Source: Bugula neritina
Lineage: Eukaryota; Animalia; Bryozoa
NCBI GenBank assembly: GCA_964035545.1
Contig: OZ037772.1
Coordinates: forward strand, 248,001 to 312,000
Direction of reading: 5' to 3'
DNA length: 64,000 bases
This document shows, piece after piece, positions 41,195 to 54,400 of this stretch. The notes beneath the pieces were generated by a model. That model was not told where the DNA came from and did not search any database. It saw only the letters and a list, made by a program, of their open reading frames with translations. Position 1 is the stretch's first letter. Each line of letters starts with the position of its first letter. A program made the position numbers and the translations under genes.

Positions 41195-42360
41195 CTGCCA
41201 GTGAACTGATTCACTAGTGAAATAATATTGATAGTGTCATCCATGTGTCATGTTAGATTATTGGTATAATGAGGTTACATCAGTGATGATTAAAATTACT
41301 TGTCAGTCTAGTTCACAATAATGCCTTTGCTGTCTATTTCTCTACATTCTTTACATTCCACAACATTGCTTGGCTATTTCTTTAAACCTCTACATTATAG
41401 CCTACGGCATTCATAGTCTGTTGCATTAGATATGAAGTCATGGAATATAGAAGAACCACGTTTATGTGAATCTCACACAAGTTCTGATTGGTTCTTGTGA
41501 ATCTCACACAAGCTCTGATTGGTCTCATTACCTGTCTAATTACAAATATTGACAGAAGAAGACTTTAACTAACTGAAACTCTATCTCTATATTGATAATC
41601 TGCTTTAGTAAAAAGTGAGTACCTGGGGTGGAGAGAGCCAGTTCTCAGGAAGCTGATTATAGAGAGGGCTGAAGGAGCTGATTTTGTGCCAGTCTTGGAG
41701 ACAGAGCAGGTTTTGGCCGGGACGGCTTTGAGAGTAACGATTAATGTGACAGCGGAGTTTGAAAGTCATCAACTTGAAGTGAGTGTGGATGCTTACCCAC
41801 GTCTGCTGATTATAAACGAGTGTAGAGTTTTATTTACTGGGAAGCGGTTTGTTTTACCCCCTCATAAGTGCAGAGAGGTAAATTTTCAGTTTCGTGGAAC
41901 AGTTGATTTAGTTTATACAAAACACTCTCAATGCACTCTTCTAGAATACAAAGTTACAAGCTACAGGCTACAAAGTTATATAAGACATGCGTTATTGGAG
42001 GTGAAAAAGGTTTTGTTTTCTCTTTTTATTTTTCTTTATTTACTGATTATAGATATTTATTTTGAAAAGTTTTTGTCAACCACTGAGAGTTCCAAACACA
42101 GATGCGGGCGGTGACTTTAAGCAGTGTTACAAGTTCTGTACCTTTGAGGCTCAATGTCAAGGGATTCCAGGGTCCACCTGCCACCTTAGTGAGTTGTCTT
42201 CTCACAGCATACAGTTTGAAGTATGCTTATCAACTACCTAGTATGCTGAAACAAATGTGGGTTTTTAGTGTATAAGTGCTTTCTGACTCTCTTCAGTTTG
42301 TATAATACAAGAACCCAGTAGAATCACTGAATTGGTATAACATAGATATATATTCATCAG

Positions 42361-42995
42361 AAATGTACATGATGTAGCAGTGCAGCCCAATGAAGTCATT
42401 CGGAAAGTTAAATGATGTTCTTTTAGACATTGCTCTGTAGAACTCAGACTGAGCATGTGACATCCAGGTTCCGAGTGTATTACCATCAGTGGTGGAGACG
42501 AAGGAGGTTGTTGGTGTACAGGGGGTACTCACTACTACAACCGAGCTTGTGTACCTGGCATTACTAGTAAGTGTGTATCTAAAGACAAGCAGAGTGACAG
42601 ATGAACTGACAAACTGACTGGCTAACTGGCTGGCTGACTGACTGACTGACTGACTGACTGACTGACTGACTGACTGACTGACTGACTGACTGACTGGCTT
42701 ACTGGCTGGCTGACTCACTGACTGACTGACTGACAGGTAAACAGATAGGTAAATATTGATCACATATATAGTGAAGCTACCAACTGAGACCCAGACTGTG
42801 TTTTGATTTAGCATATACTGGTATATGATATCTTTCTACAATGTGTTTACAGTTTACTCTACAAAGTATAGTTCCATCAGATGGACTCACTCTACTCACG
42901 TGTAAGACTCATCAAGAATGTCTACCCAATCAGATCTGTGTTAACGAGGTGTGCACACTGACGTGTGAAAGTGACTCTGAGTGTACATTCAACCA
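42361..42995 (+). pseudogene. Two Cys-rich exons (EB-module-like, ending at 42566; Dumpy/Dickkopf-like repeats, 42872-42995)
   Basis: HPGSECITISGGDEGGCWCTGGTHYYNRACVPGIT|phase 1|IPSDGLTLLTCKTHQECLPNQICVNEVCTLTCESDSECTFNQ|gt; two in-frame TGA lie just upstream in the first exon. Confidence 0.7.
42611..42733. repeat. (CTGA)n tetranucleotide microsatellite
   Basis: Direct read. Confidence 0.95.
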
Positions 42996-43631
42996 GGTTA
43001 GATACTGCATACATGTCTCTATCATAGCAGGTATTTCACAAACTATTCTGAAACCCATACTTTTATTGTTCATTGTCTACGTATTCTCCACCATATTTTT
43101 ACTAGAAGTAAACTTTATTTCAGTAATGAGTTTAAAATAAATTATTGTTTCGCATTGTACAGTTTATTATTGCCTGAATCTTGTAATAAGAATATTGACA
43201 ATATTAGAGCAGCTATGTGATTGGCTTAACAATACCAGAGCAGGGATTTGATTGGCTTAGCAATATCAGTGCAGCGATGTGATTAGTTTTACAATATCAA
43301 AGCAGGGATGTGATTGGCTACTCTGTTCTGTTCTGCAGGGCTTCAGAGGAGACGAGGGGAAACGGGATTGCCCTGTGCTGTAGGAGATGCTGGAAAACCC
43401 GGACCTCAATGTCCAATGGGAGAGAGCCGGTCGACTGGGCTCAAGAGATTCCTCGGACCAGTCGGTGCTCCTGGTTATCCTGACCTGCAAGAACCGAGGT
43501 TGGTGAATAGTATCTTTGTGGGGCTCACTGCTTGTGTGGGAGTTGTTTCCTCTGAAATATTTGGAGGTGTAGCTTGAGTTCCTTGCCTTGTGTTATCAGT
43601 TAGCCCCGCCTAGGTGTTTCACAGGTTATTA

Positions 43632-44137
43632 CAGGGTTGGGGTAATTGTAATTTGTAATTGTAATTTGTTGTATTTAATTACATTTTTTCAAGTAATTGA
43701 ATGTAATTTGTGATTGATGTATAAAAATGTAATTGTAATTGTAATTAATTACATATCTAATGTAATTGATTTTTACAATTACATCTCAATTACTTCAAAC
43801 TTTTAAATCTTAAGAAATTCATTCTTTTTTAACATGCCTACTGTTAAATAACAAGTTCAGGTTAAGTCAATGTAGTATAGTATCAGTGTTGAGAACAAAG
43901 GAGGTTCACCACTGTCAAAATTGCCCCTGCTAGTTGGACCCTAGAAGTGAAATTGCATAACTTCCATTTGTCCTTTGTGAGAACAAAAGTAATTGTAATT
44001 GTAATTAATTGCTCTACAATGTAATTTTGTAATGTAATTAATTACATTTATTTCAACTGTAATTATAATTGTAATTGACAAATTCTCATGTAACTGTAAT
44101 TAATTACATTCACATGTAATTGACCCCAACAACCCTG
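43632..44137. mobile_element. hAT-type MITE with TAATTG repeat arms
   Basis: Termini cagggttggggtaattgtaat / aattgaccccaac(aac)cctg; 8-bp TSD ggttatta / gtttatta. Confidence 0.8.
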
Positions 44138-44184
44138 GTTTATTATGGAGCTCATACTTTTATTGTTCAAGGTCTAGATGTATT

Positions 44185-44416
44185 CGATCCACCATGTTTT
44201 TACTAGAAGTAAACTTTAATTCGGTAATAAGTTTAAAATAAATTGATTTTTCCTATTTTGCTGTTTATTGTTGCCTGAGTATTGTAATGAGAATATTAGC
44301 TTCACAATACCAGTGCAGCGATGTGATTGGTTTGACAATATCAATGCAGCGATGTGATTGGCTTGACAGTATCAGAGTAGTGATGTGATTGGCTACTCTG
44401 TTCTGTTCTGCAGGGC
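44185..44416 (+). repeat. Duplicate of collagen-pseudogene intron 43085-43341 including its acceptor, but without the exon
   Basis: Shared ccaccat.tttttactagaagtaaacttta...gatgtgattggctactctgttctgttctgcagggc. Confidence 0.85.
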
Positions 44417-46971
44417 CATGCCTACTTGTATTATGTGTTAATCTTGTTTTGCAGTGAACAGAAAGGGATAATGGGTCCTAAAAGACACCCAGGATCTTAC
44501 AGAACTGATGGAGAGGAAGGGTTCACCCGATGTTGATGGCCTGCCTGCTATATCCGGCAATCCTGGAGATGCAGGAGAAAGGAGACCACCTGGTTTCTCA
44601 GGAGATACCGGACTTTTTGGAGAACCAGGTGATGTTTATGCTCAATTGAGTTTAATCTGTCAAGTTATGTTGGGATCTTTTTCGTTTTCATTATTTTATG
44701 TTTGTTATGTGGAAAAGGGGAAAACTCTATCTCGAAGCATTTTTGTTTTTTCAGAGAGCTTTGGATTATTTGATTATGGTCTACACAGGGGTGTAGACAA
44801 ACTAAACTAGACAGGGGTGTAGACAGACTAAACTTACTACGAACTTATAACTACCCTGCGTCATGCTGTCATGAGGTCTCTATTCTCTCTTATAATTTGA
44901 CTTTTATTTAGCGAGCAGATTTCAAGTGGGCTATTCTATAGTGACCAGTCACACTGTTTATTATAGCAACAGAGAAATCAAGTTGAAAACTAGTTGCACC
45001 TGTTGTGATGCTATCACTGGGTGCTTACCGGTAGAGACGGAGTACCTGGACCTGTTGAGATAGGATATCAGGGTAAACAAGGAGATCAAGGTCCTGCAGC
45101 TAAGAATTCGGAGTTAATCACTATTGTTTGTGTATTTCTATTCTTTTTAGGTATTCTATAATATGCTGGGGTTGTCAGATTGATCTAGTGGAGTTACCTC
45201 CTCTTAAGTGAAAGATACTTTAATATTATAATTTGCTCATCAATCTGACTGATTAAAGCTACTGCTGTCAAAAAACAAGATTGTTGCAGTCTAAAAATTA
45301 ACGCCAGCTATAAACTATACGCAGCAAATCTTTTAGCTTGGAGTAAATTGACCAATCTTTGATAATCAATTTTAATTTTTTAGCTTTTATAGTATGGATG
45401 TTGATGAGTGTTGCTATAGTAACATGTTGGTTTCCTGTATGGATTGTAGTTTGAGTATCAGGCAAAGTTTTCCCGATTCAACTTCCTTCGAATTCACTCT
45501 GAGAGAGCAAAGCAAACCCTGACTCACAGGTAATAGTCACTGCTAGCAGCTTATCAAATAGTCACTAGTTGCTAGTCACCAGATATTAGTCCTCTACTAT
45601 GTTGCTAGTCACTTGATAATCTGAACAATCACTGGCTTCTTCTTAAGCTGAGTGAGTTGTTGGTATGACTGTTCCTTTTGCTGATTGTAGATGTATAAAC
45701 TCAGTGGCAGTACAAGATGCATGCGAAAGGAAGAATAAGTCAGTCATTTTATATACAGCTGGTGATAAAGAATACACAGCGACAGATAGCAGGTCCCAAT
45801 ATTCCGTGCTGCAGGATTTTTACAAGGTATCTAAATCTGACCTATATACTGTAAATCTGACCTATATAGTGTAAATCTGACCTATAAAGTGTAAATCTGA
45901 CCTATATAGTGTAAACCTGACCTATATAGCATAAATTCGACCTGCACTTGAACATGATTGCGATAGTTGCATTTTTTTTATATTGATATACAATATAGCT
46001 TGCCTTTGAGGCTTTTTAACAACTACTCATGAGTTCAACCCAAAAGCCACTTTGATTTCTGTGCAAGTTTAGAGTTTTGAGTTTGCCGTCTGCCATTTTG
46101 TAGTATTCCAAATACCATCAGAAGCTCTGACAGTGATTGAGATTGACACCAAGACCCCCACCCACTTGCATATTAATGACATTGCTCCTGGTGACATCAG
46201 GACCACCCACAAAGAGTTTGGGGTTCAGCTTGGAGAAGTCTGCTTTTCATAGACTCATATCTAACAACAGTTTTATTTGTCTGATTTGTAAGACTGTTCC
46301 TGATTAGATAATTAGTGGCCAATCAGAGAATGCAATCAATGTTTGGTTGGCTGAGACCAGCAGTCTGATTTTTATATAACCTAATTTTAAATGAAAGATT
46401 TGATTACTCTAAATAAATTTATCTGAGACTTCCAAGGCAGTGATGGTGATTTTTGTACATATAAATTTGAAGGAGTTTAGCTATAGAGTTTATGCTGTTT
46501 TTTTAATTATTCCACCATAACCTGAGATTGTGAGTAGTAATTCTAGAATGAGATAGGGAGGGTGTTATGCCCCTCCCTGTGATTTTATATATTTAGAAAT
46601 TGTTGTTGATTTAGTAATTCTGTTGGTGCTACATTTTTGAATTAATTTAATCCAATCATTTCTTTAATATTGCAAAATATATTTTACCATACAGCACTAC
46701 ACAATTTATTTCTCAGCTTGTAAATTTCACCATCAAAATTATTATAGTACTAAAGTTGGTCACAGATTTCTGATAAGCTGCAGTTTTCAGATCTGATTAT
46801 TTATCCTATTCATCCTGAAATGAGACATTGTTAGTTTAAAATGGAATTTTACATATATTTTAGTTACTTAGTTCCAACTGTGTTGACCATATGAACATTT
46901 TAAATTTTACTTTGGCTGCTATGAAGTATATAAGCAAATGGCATTAAGTTATTAATATATAATAAGGTTTG

Positions 46972-47298
46972 CAAAGACTTAATATACCAAGCAACTGTGA
47001 CAAGACATGCCAATAACTCCAGCCAATCATACATAGGACTTTGTTCAACTACCTTCAAAGCCAGACTCAGCAACCATAAAGCCTCTTTCCTACATGCAGA
47101 TAAAGCCAACAACACACAACTCAGCAGACACATCCGGGATTTAGAACAAAAACAACACGAAATTCAGCCTAAAATGGATCATTTTAAAAATTTGTAAATC
47201 ATACTCAAAACCTAATCAACAGATGTAACTTATGTAGCTATGACAAATATGTAATTTTGAAACAACCGGAGTTATCCACTCTCAACAAACGCAACGAG
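46972..47298 (+). mobile_element. Third Penelope-like GIY-YIG fragment, at the 3' breakpoint of the collagen duplication
   Basis: LIYQATVTR...SYIGLCSTTFKARLSNHKASF...TQLSRHI...RCNLC...LSTLNKRNE; frameshifted. Confidence 0.85.
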
Positions 47299-47318
47299 CG
47301 AAGTGTGAGAATTCCATG

Positions 47319-47490
47319 CTAGTGACCTGCCACACACAGTGCGTGTGTTGCGAGTGCAAAATATTATTAGCAAATGATGTTAGCGTTAAACTTTACTGCT
47401 CGCCTACAGACGTTTGTTTTTAAACAGCGTCACCGGGCAAAGTAATTTGGATATTATAAAAGCGGAAATGTAAAATATATAAAACTGTTT
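47319..47490 (-). mobile_element. Possible non-autonomous Helitron 3' end
   Basis: Minus strand: GC hairpin gcaacacacgcactgtgtgtggc, 6 nt, then CTAG; the next base is not the canonical T. Confidence 0.4.
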
Positions 47491-47500
47491 TAATTCAGCT

Positions 47501-47989
47501 CAGTATATTATGTCATACAGCATATTATGTTATACAGTATATTATGTTATACAGTATATTATGTTATAGAGTATATACTATGTTATACAGTATACTCTGT
47601 TATACAGCATATTATGTTATACAGTATATTATGTTATACAGTATATTATGTTATACAATATATTGTGTTATAATACAGTGTATAATGTTATACAGTATAT
47701 TACGCTATACAGCATATTATGTTATACAGTATACTATGTTATACAGTATATTATGTTATACAGTATATACTATGTTATACAGTATACTCTGTTATACAGT
47801 ATAATTATTATGTTATACAGTATACTCTGTTATACAGTATACTATGTTATACAGTATATACTATGTTATACAGTATACTATGTTATACAGTATATTATGC
47901 TATACAGTATACTATGTTATACAGTATACTATGTTATACAGTATATTATGTTATACAGTATATTATGTTATACAGTATACTGTATACTG
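47501..47989. repeat. 17-bp minisatellite
   Basis: Unit tatacagtatattatgt, about 28 copies. Confidence 0.92.
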
Positions 47990-48819
47990 TCATTGAGCTG
48001 GTTTACAGTGAAGGATGATTTGCTGAATTTTGTGTTTTTATATAAGATAGGATTCCTTCAATTAATATGCTAATGGTTAGGAATCAGCAAATAAACTGCC
48101 TTGACCTGCAAAGTGACCTACAATGTGCAGCTTGTCAAAACCCAAGTCAAACTTAAGCAAGCTGCAGCACAAATTCACCAGCTTCAGCCATAATATTAAT
48201 AATTGAACTGCTTTGTGCTTTTTACATGCATAATATAATAATCATAATCTTATTATTATAATCAAATATACTAGAACAAATATAGACTTCTATTGTATAT
48301 TATGCCTATCATTCATAAATTGCACTTTTAGAAAAAGGGGAACTTAATAGTAAACAGTTATGGAAGGGGAGATGATATGGCATGAAAAAGGTTTGGAACC
48401 ACTGAGCTAAACGAACCACCATACCTCTACCATAGCATCACATCCCTCTGCCATCTTGATTGCAGCCTGCCAATTAAGAAAATTCAGGATTAACCAGAGA
48501 TTCAGTGATGTCGCTGAATATGCTAGTACTAAACAGCTCAACTTAAACAAAATAAATATATTTTACATAATGAAAGTACAAACAAAAAGATGCAAGTGCT
48601 AGCTGACACTCAAGACTACTGATAAGAGACAAATTTCTTGTAGATATTTTGCTACTATAGAGGACATTGACGTTATCGGTATATTTGTAATTTGAAAATA
48701 TACATTCTAAATTAGCTCAATTGAAAAATATGTACACTTCCTGCCCTGGATAATTTTTTAGATTTCAACCTAAGAGTTGTCTATCTTCGACACAATATAG
48801 CGATCGGCTCACTGAATGC

Positions 48820-49018
48820 AACATTTCTTTCACGTGATTATTATAGAGCTTTGTATCGACCTTTGTAGTCGAGTGACGTGTAATAATCCTTCTGCGCGCA
48901 GAACTTCCTCGTTATTTTGGTTTTATTGTGCCTCATCTAAGTTACTACTTACTAGTAATAAATACTAGTTACCAAGTTTCTTACCAGTTTACAGACTGAC
49001 ACTATTGACTCTCGTGAG
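48820..49018 (+). promoter_or_regulatory. Probable TRIM promoter and non-coding first exon (donor gag|gtgaga at 49019)
   Basis: Local CpG enrichment with E-box tcacgtga (48829), CRE-like tgacgt (48875), NRF1-like tgcgcgca (48893) and ETS-like acttcc; a strong donor upstream of the TRIM coding exons. Confidence 0.5.
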
Positions 49019-51446
49019 GTGAGAACAGTTTGAGTTATCTCATCATTTCTCAAATTAATCAGGTACCCGTACTTTAATACTTGCAGTTAGATTTACTATT
49101 TTACTTTTAGTTTTAGTATTTACTATTTAAGTATTTTAGTATTTAGTATTTTACTATTTTAATTCTAGATTTACTTTTACTTTTAGTTTTAGTTTTACTT
49201 TTAGCCTTTAGGCTTTAGGTTTAAGTCTAGGCTTATAACTTATATAATATCAATATAGGATTAAGCTTAAGACTACGTTATATTTAAATTATAAGTTATA
49301 TAAATTAAAATTCTTACAGTTAATGTTATAATGTTAATTAAATATAATTGTTTCTCTTTCAGTCTTTGATTTGAAATTTACAATAGACATAGTAATACCA
49401 TAGCTCATAGGCATATGATCTATAATTAATTAATTATAATGATTTATCGAGTAATATAAATATGAATATCGTATTAATAATACTAAATTTATTATTATTA
49501 TAAAAAATTTAATCGACTTCAAGTTTAGGTTCAAGTTTTAATACTAAAAAAATTGATCTACTAGTAGTAGTACTAGTACTACTACTACTACTATTCATAT
49601 TGTGCCTCATCTCAGTTACTAGTTACCAAGTGTCCGACCAGTTTACTGACTAACACTATTGACTCTCGTGAGGTGAGAGCATTTTGAGTCATCTCATCAT
49701 TTCTCAAATTAATCAGGTACTTTACTACTTACAGTTTCCGTTAGATTTACTAATTACTTTGTCTTTTAGACTAAGAGTACTACAATATGACTATGAGTAT
49801 GACTATGAGTATAGACTATAGTGTATACTATTACTATTAGTATTAGTATTAGTATTAGTATTACTATTATAATTTGTATTGTTGTATGAGTAATTAGTAT
49901 TATCTTCTTTCACTCATTGCACTACATTTACTATAAGTATAAGTATAATTATAACTATAAACTTAAAGTGTAAGTTACTATATTAATATTACTGCACTAC
50001 TATAACTGTCAGTATTACTTTTAGCGTTACAGTTGGTCTTACTGCCAGTGCCAGGTCTGCTACCAACATCATTAAATTTATTTATAATGATAATATTGCC
50101 ATTGGTGATTATCACACAATATTATTGATTATCGACATAGCTCGACTTTGTTAAGTCAATATTTAACAAGTTGGTTTTATAATACTAATACCAATAGGTT
50201 TATTATAACCAGTGAGTCGCTTATTTTTACTTTGTGAATTTATGATTGTAGCATTTTCATACTTATAATATTTATTGCAAATTTTTGAATTAATGTTACA
50301 CTTACTCAATTTGAATATCAGAATATCTTACCACTGGCACTAGTCAGTTATTAATTAATGACAGTGCATAGTGATCACTGCATGTGATACATTGTCATAC
50401 CCTGCACATCCCAATGCACTGCCCTTCTGGATTCATTGTGAATAGCGTATTCGGTTGGCTTATATTATTTTACTCAGCTTTGATTATACAACTAACACGT
50501 ACTGCACTGCTCTAATTTATGTAACAATGCTTGCTAGTTGCTGCTATCTTTACCTCTATATTTCTGTCATTCAAAAACTAACATAATTACATAATAGGTA
50601 CATAATTGGAATTTGACTATTCTATAAATTACTGAGAATATATGGTTAGCCACATTTATATGATGTACTCTTGTTGTAGACATAAAATATGAGGTTAGTG
50701 TTAATAAATCATTTGCTAGGTAAGAGTGTAGAATAAATAATTGACTAGAGATGAGTGTAGAAGCTGCCAACTCATGAAACAACTACACCTGATCTAACAG
50801 AAGCACAAACATGTTAAATTAGTTTGTTTCACACCACCATAGTTTCTATTAGATGATTAGAATAGCAAACTAGCCGTTGATGGCATGTTTCCTGGCTGGT
50901 CGAAGGATTAGCCAATGCATCACCAATATTCCAGAGATGTTAAAATAAGTTTTTTAATTTAGATTATTAAGATAACAAATAATTTTTAACACCCAGCACA
51001 AAATATTTTATGAGACTATGTTTTCTCCCACTGCTATGTTTCCCCCTGTTTTGTGTCTTAGCGTGAGCCCACTCTACATATTAGAAACACTTGATTAGTG
51101 ATGTTCAATAGAAGTAGAATAATAGTGTTCACTGAAGCACACAACATTGCTTCATATTTACTGTATGTGGAGTTTGAGTCACCAGCAATAAACTATTCAG
51201 TGATTACAATGGAAACAATACAGCCTTTGTTAGAGAGTTAAAGCTGTGAGCTCAGCATGTTGTAGCTGGCTATCATGTATACCAGTGTTATTAACTGCCT
51301 TTGTTTAACATTATTTTTCACTTTATTTTGTATGGTTTGTTGTTAATGGTTAAGTCTTTGATTTGGAAACCTTCACAGATGTGGTGTGAAATATTATGCT
51401 AAGAGTATGTGCATCTTTTACAGGATTTCCTTATTATATAACCAAG

Positions 51447-54400
51447 ATGGCAGAATCCAGAGTCGTGAAAAAGAGACTCAACAATTCGTATCGCTGTGGG
51501 TACTGCTCGCAGTACTTCAACAAACTTGAAGATCCCAGAACTCTGCCCTGTCTGCATGTGTACTGCATGAGATGTTTGAAGACTGACATAGGTGGTAGGA
51601 AGGATCATATTAGATGTGCTTATTGTAGGTGAGTTACAGTACATAACACAATATATCATGTCATAGGCTTGCGTATGATTTTCTCACTATCATCTAGGAG
51701 TTGTCTGATCTATGTCTATGAAAAGCAAACAATACTGTATATTCTATGTGAACTCTGGTTACTAACTTGTGGAGTGTGTGGATATCTTTTCATCAGGTAG
51801 AGAAAGTAACTGTTATGTAGATTGCACCATCAGCTGTCCTCTCTTGTTGATTTGTGGTGCCGTTGGATGTCATGGGAGTCAGGTTGTCTCCCCATTATAT
51901 TATTTTGTTCTCGTACAGTACAATACTTGTTAGAGCAGTGGTTCCCAACCTTGTTCATACCATTCCCACTTTTATACATGTTTACTATTAAGTCCCCTCC
52001 ATTTCGTCAATCGGAAATTTTTATGACTGTCATAATGATAATATAGATTACTATGCAATATTTTTCCTATTACATTTGAATATAATATAATTATTTCTGA
52101 TAATTATATTATGCATGTGTAAAACACAGAGCAGTTCAATTATTAATATTATGGCTGCAGCTGATGATATTGTACCAGCTTGCTTTCAAACCTTCCACCC
52201 CAACCCCTAAACCCCAACCCCAATATTGTAATTAAAAACACATTCATGTAGAAGTAGACTGAGATGGCAGAACTGGTTAAATAGATAAGCTAAGATGAAT
52301 GCTTATAGATATACATGTACATGTAACTTGCAAGAGCTCAAAAGTCTTCAACAAACTGCTTGAAATTTTCAAAATCGAAATCCAGGCTCCCCCTAAAATG
52401 CCCAAATTCCCTCTTATAGGGGGATTCTCCCAGGTTGGGAACCACTGTGTTGAATTGACTTGTGTTTACTATCTTCTTTCCTGCAATTAGAAACATGTAT
52501 GATGTTGTCATGACAACAGAGTTGCTGTGGCACAAAGTACAGTTTACTAGTATGTAGTGATTGTGTAGTGAGAGTGGAGTGTCTGGTTATTGTCCCTGGT
52601 TATGTGTAATCTGTAAGGAGTAGAATTATATTATTTTAATATAATGTTTAGAAAGGTACTTTTATAATGGCAGTTTGCTCAATAGCTTTAGTTCTATTGC
52701 GATAGACTCATAGCTCTGGAGTCTAGCAGCTGTTACTATTACCACTAGCTGTTCAAAATTCTGCCAACATCCGGGCTGCCAAAGCATAATAGCCATTGAC
52801 AAGGCCAAGCAGTCACTAGGAAATTATTTGACTAAAGAGCAGGTCTTATGACAATTAGTAGTCAGTCCCTTAGACAGGAATCAGTGATTCTGTGACCTAT
52901 TTAGTTAAATCCAATGCTGACCTTTTGATTGATTATTAGATAGCCATCACAATTTTATTTGGTACAATATAATATTATGGGGTGTCAATCAGTGTCTAAT
53001 ATAGTCTGTGAATTGAGTGTCTCCTTTAGCTTTGATGAGTTGATTACTTCTTCTACCATCAGTCAGTTGTATTGAGTGTTACTTTGTATTGAGTCATGAA
53101 TAGTGTTGAAGATTTGGGCCTATATTATGCCAACCCCCCCCCTCTGACTTAGACTGAGACCCAACCTGCTGCACATACATAGTAGTACTACACTGAAGAT
53201 AGTTAACATGTGTATATATCATATACATATATATATATATATAACATAATTATATATATACATGCATATATCATCCTACTAGTAATGGATTACTAAGTAC
53301 AAGTTATCCTATGACTCACTCTTCTTATGCTAGCTGCACGAGATAGACAACACTCACACGTGACACGAACTCACAGTGCACTAGCTCTTGACACATTGCC
53401 AAGGATGATGAAATGACAGTTTCGCGCCACTCCTAGCAGTTAGCCTAGGGCCACACTGTGCGTATTTTCGCATGCGAAAATTAAAATCACAAGTAGCAAA
53501 GGTGTCCACTGTAGCGTCAGTGATGCGTGATAAATAAAGCTTTCATTTTTAAATCGCACTCGCTTTCAATTAAACGCAATTTACTGGAATGTAGCACTAA
53601 ATAAAGAAATTGGGCTCGCTGAATAGCTACCAGCCAATTAGGTGACGACGACAGAGACGATTCGCACTTGCGTTGAAAATGCAGAGCGACAAGTGCGAAT
53701 GTTTTCTCAACGCGCACAGTGGACACCTTTGCTACTTGTGATTTTAATTTTCGCATGCGAAAATACGCACAGTGTGGCCCTAGGCTTAGAGTGGCAGGGA
53801 ATAGTTGTAGTATGTTGTAGTATTGGATCCTCAGAATTCACTCCTCAGTAATTAGTTGCATTGCACAAACTTGCAACAATAGTGAATAATTATTGACAAT
53901 ATGGCCTCCACTTAGTAGTAAACTAGTAATTTATCTATCATTTTACAATACAAGTTACAGTTGAGTCTATTTGTTGAGTAGCAGTTCTTTGTCATGAGTG
54001 ACTATTTTCCAGCATATTAGTACATAATATAGTCAAGTGTGTTTTTGTGATAGCCTGTGGTCTATATAATGAATGTGTGTTGATGAGTGATGAGTATTTA
54101 TTTGAGTATTTGTCAAGGACACAGCTGTGTGTGTGGATGGAGTATTTCATTACTTGAGATATACTAAACACAGCTAACACAGATAACATACTGATTGCTA
54201 TATATTGTAGGAAAGATCACTATGACATCACAGATCCCACAACACTACCAGTAGCTCAGCATGGAGACCCCTTAGAATACAAGTCTCCACCCAAACCTGC
54301 ACCCATTCCCTGCGATGTGTGTAAAGGTGGAACACAAGCTGCTGTGTTTTGTCTTGAGAGTCAAAAAAAGTTGTGTCAGCAGCATCAAGAAGTGAGTCTT

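Larger units (their letters stand above)
43339..46252 (+). pseudogene. Decayed, internally deleted duplicate of the fibrillar collagen gene (exons 43339-43498, about 44455-44628, about 45030-45099, 45450-45529, 45691-45826, 46104-46252; 3' UTR copy to about 46946)
   Basis: 45061-45172 aligns to 808-920 and 45393-46946 aligns to 3812-5382. Lesions: Gly->Cys/Arg/Asp/Glu in the helix, donor GT->CT at 45100, COLFI C7->Y, and a 2-nt insertion in the last exon. Confidence 0.95.

Noticed and set aside
41685-42131. 142-aa ORF or solo LTR
   Set aside because: GTG start and no recognisable domain; TG...CA ends are possible but no TSD, PBS or PPT could be confirmed
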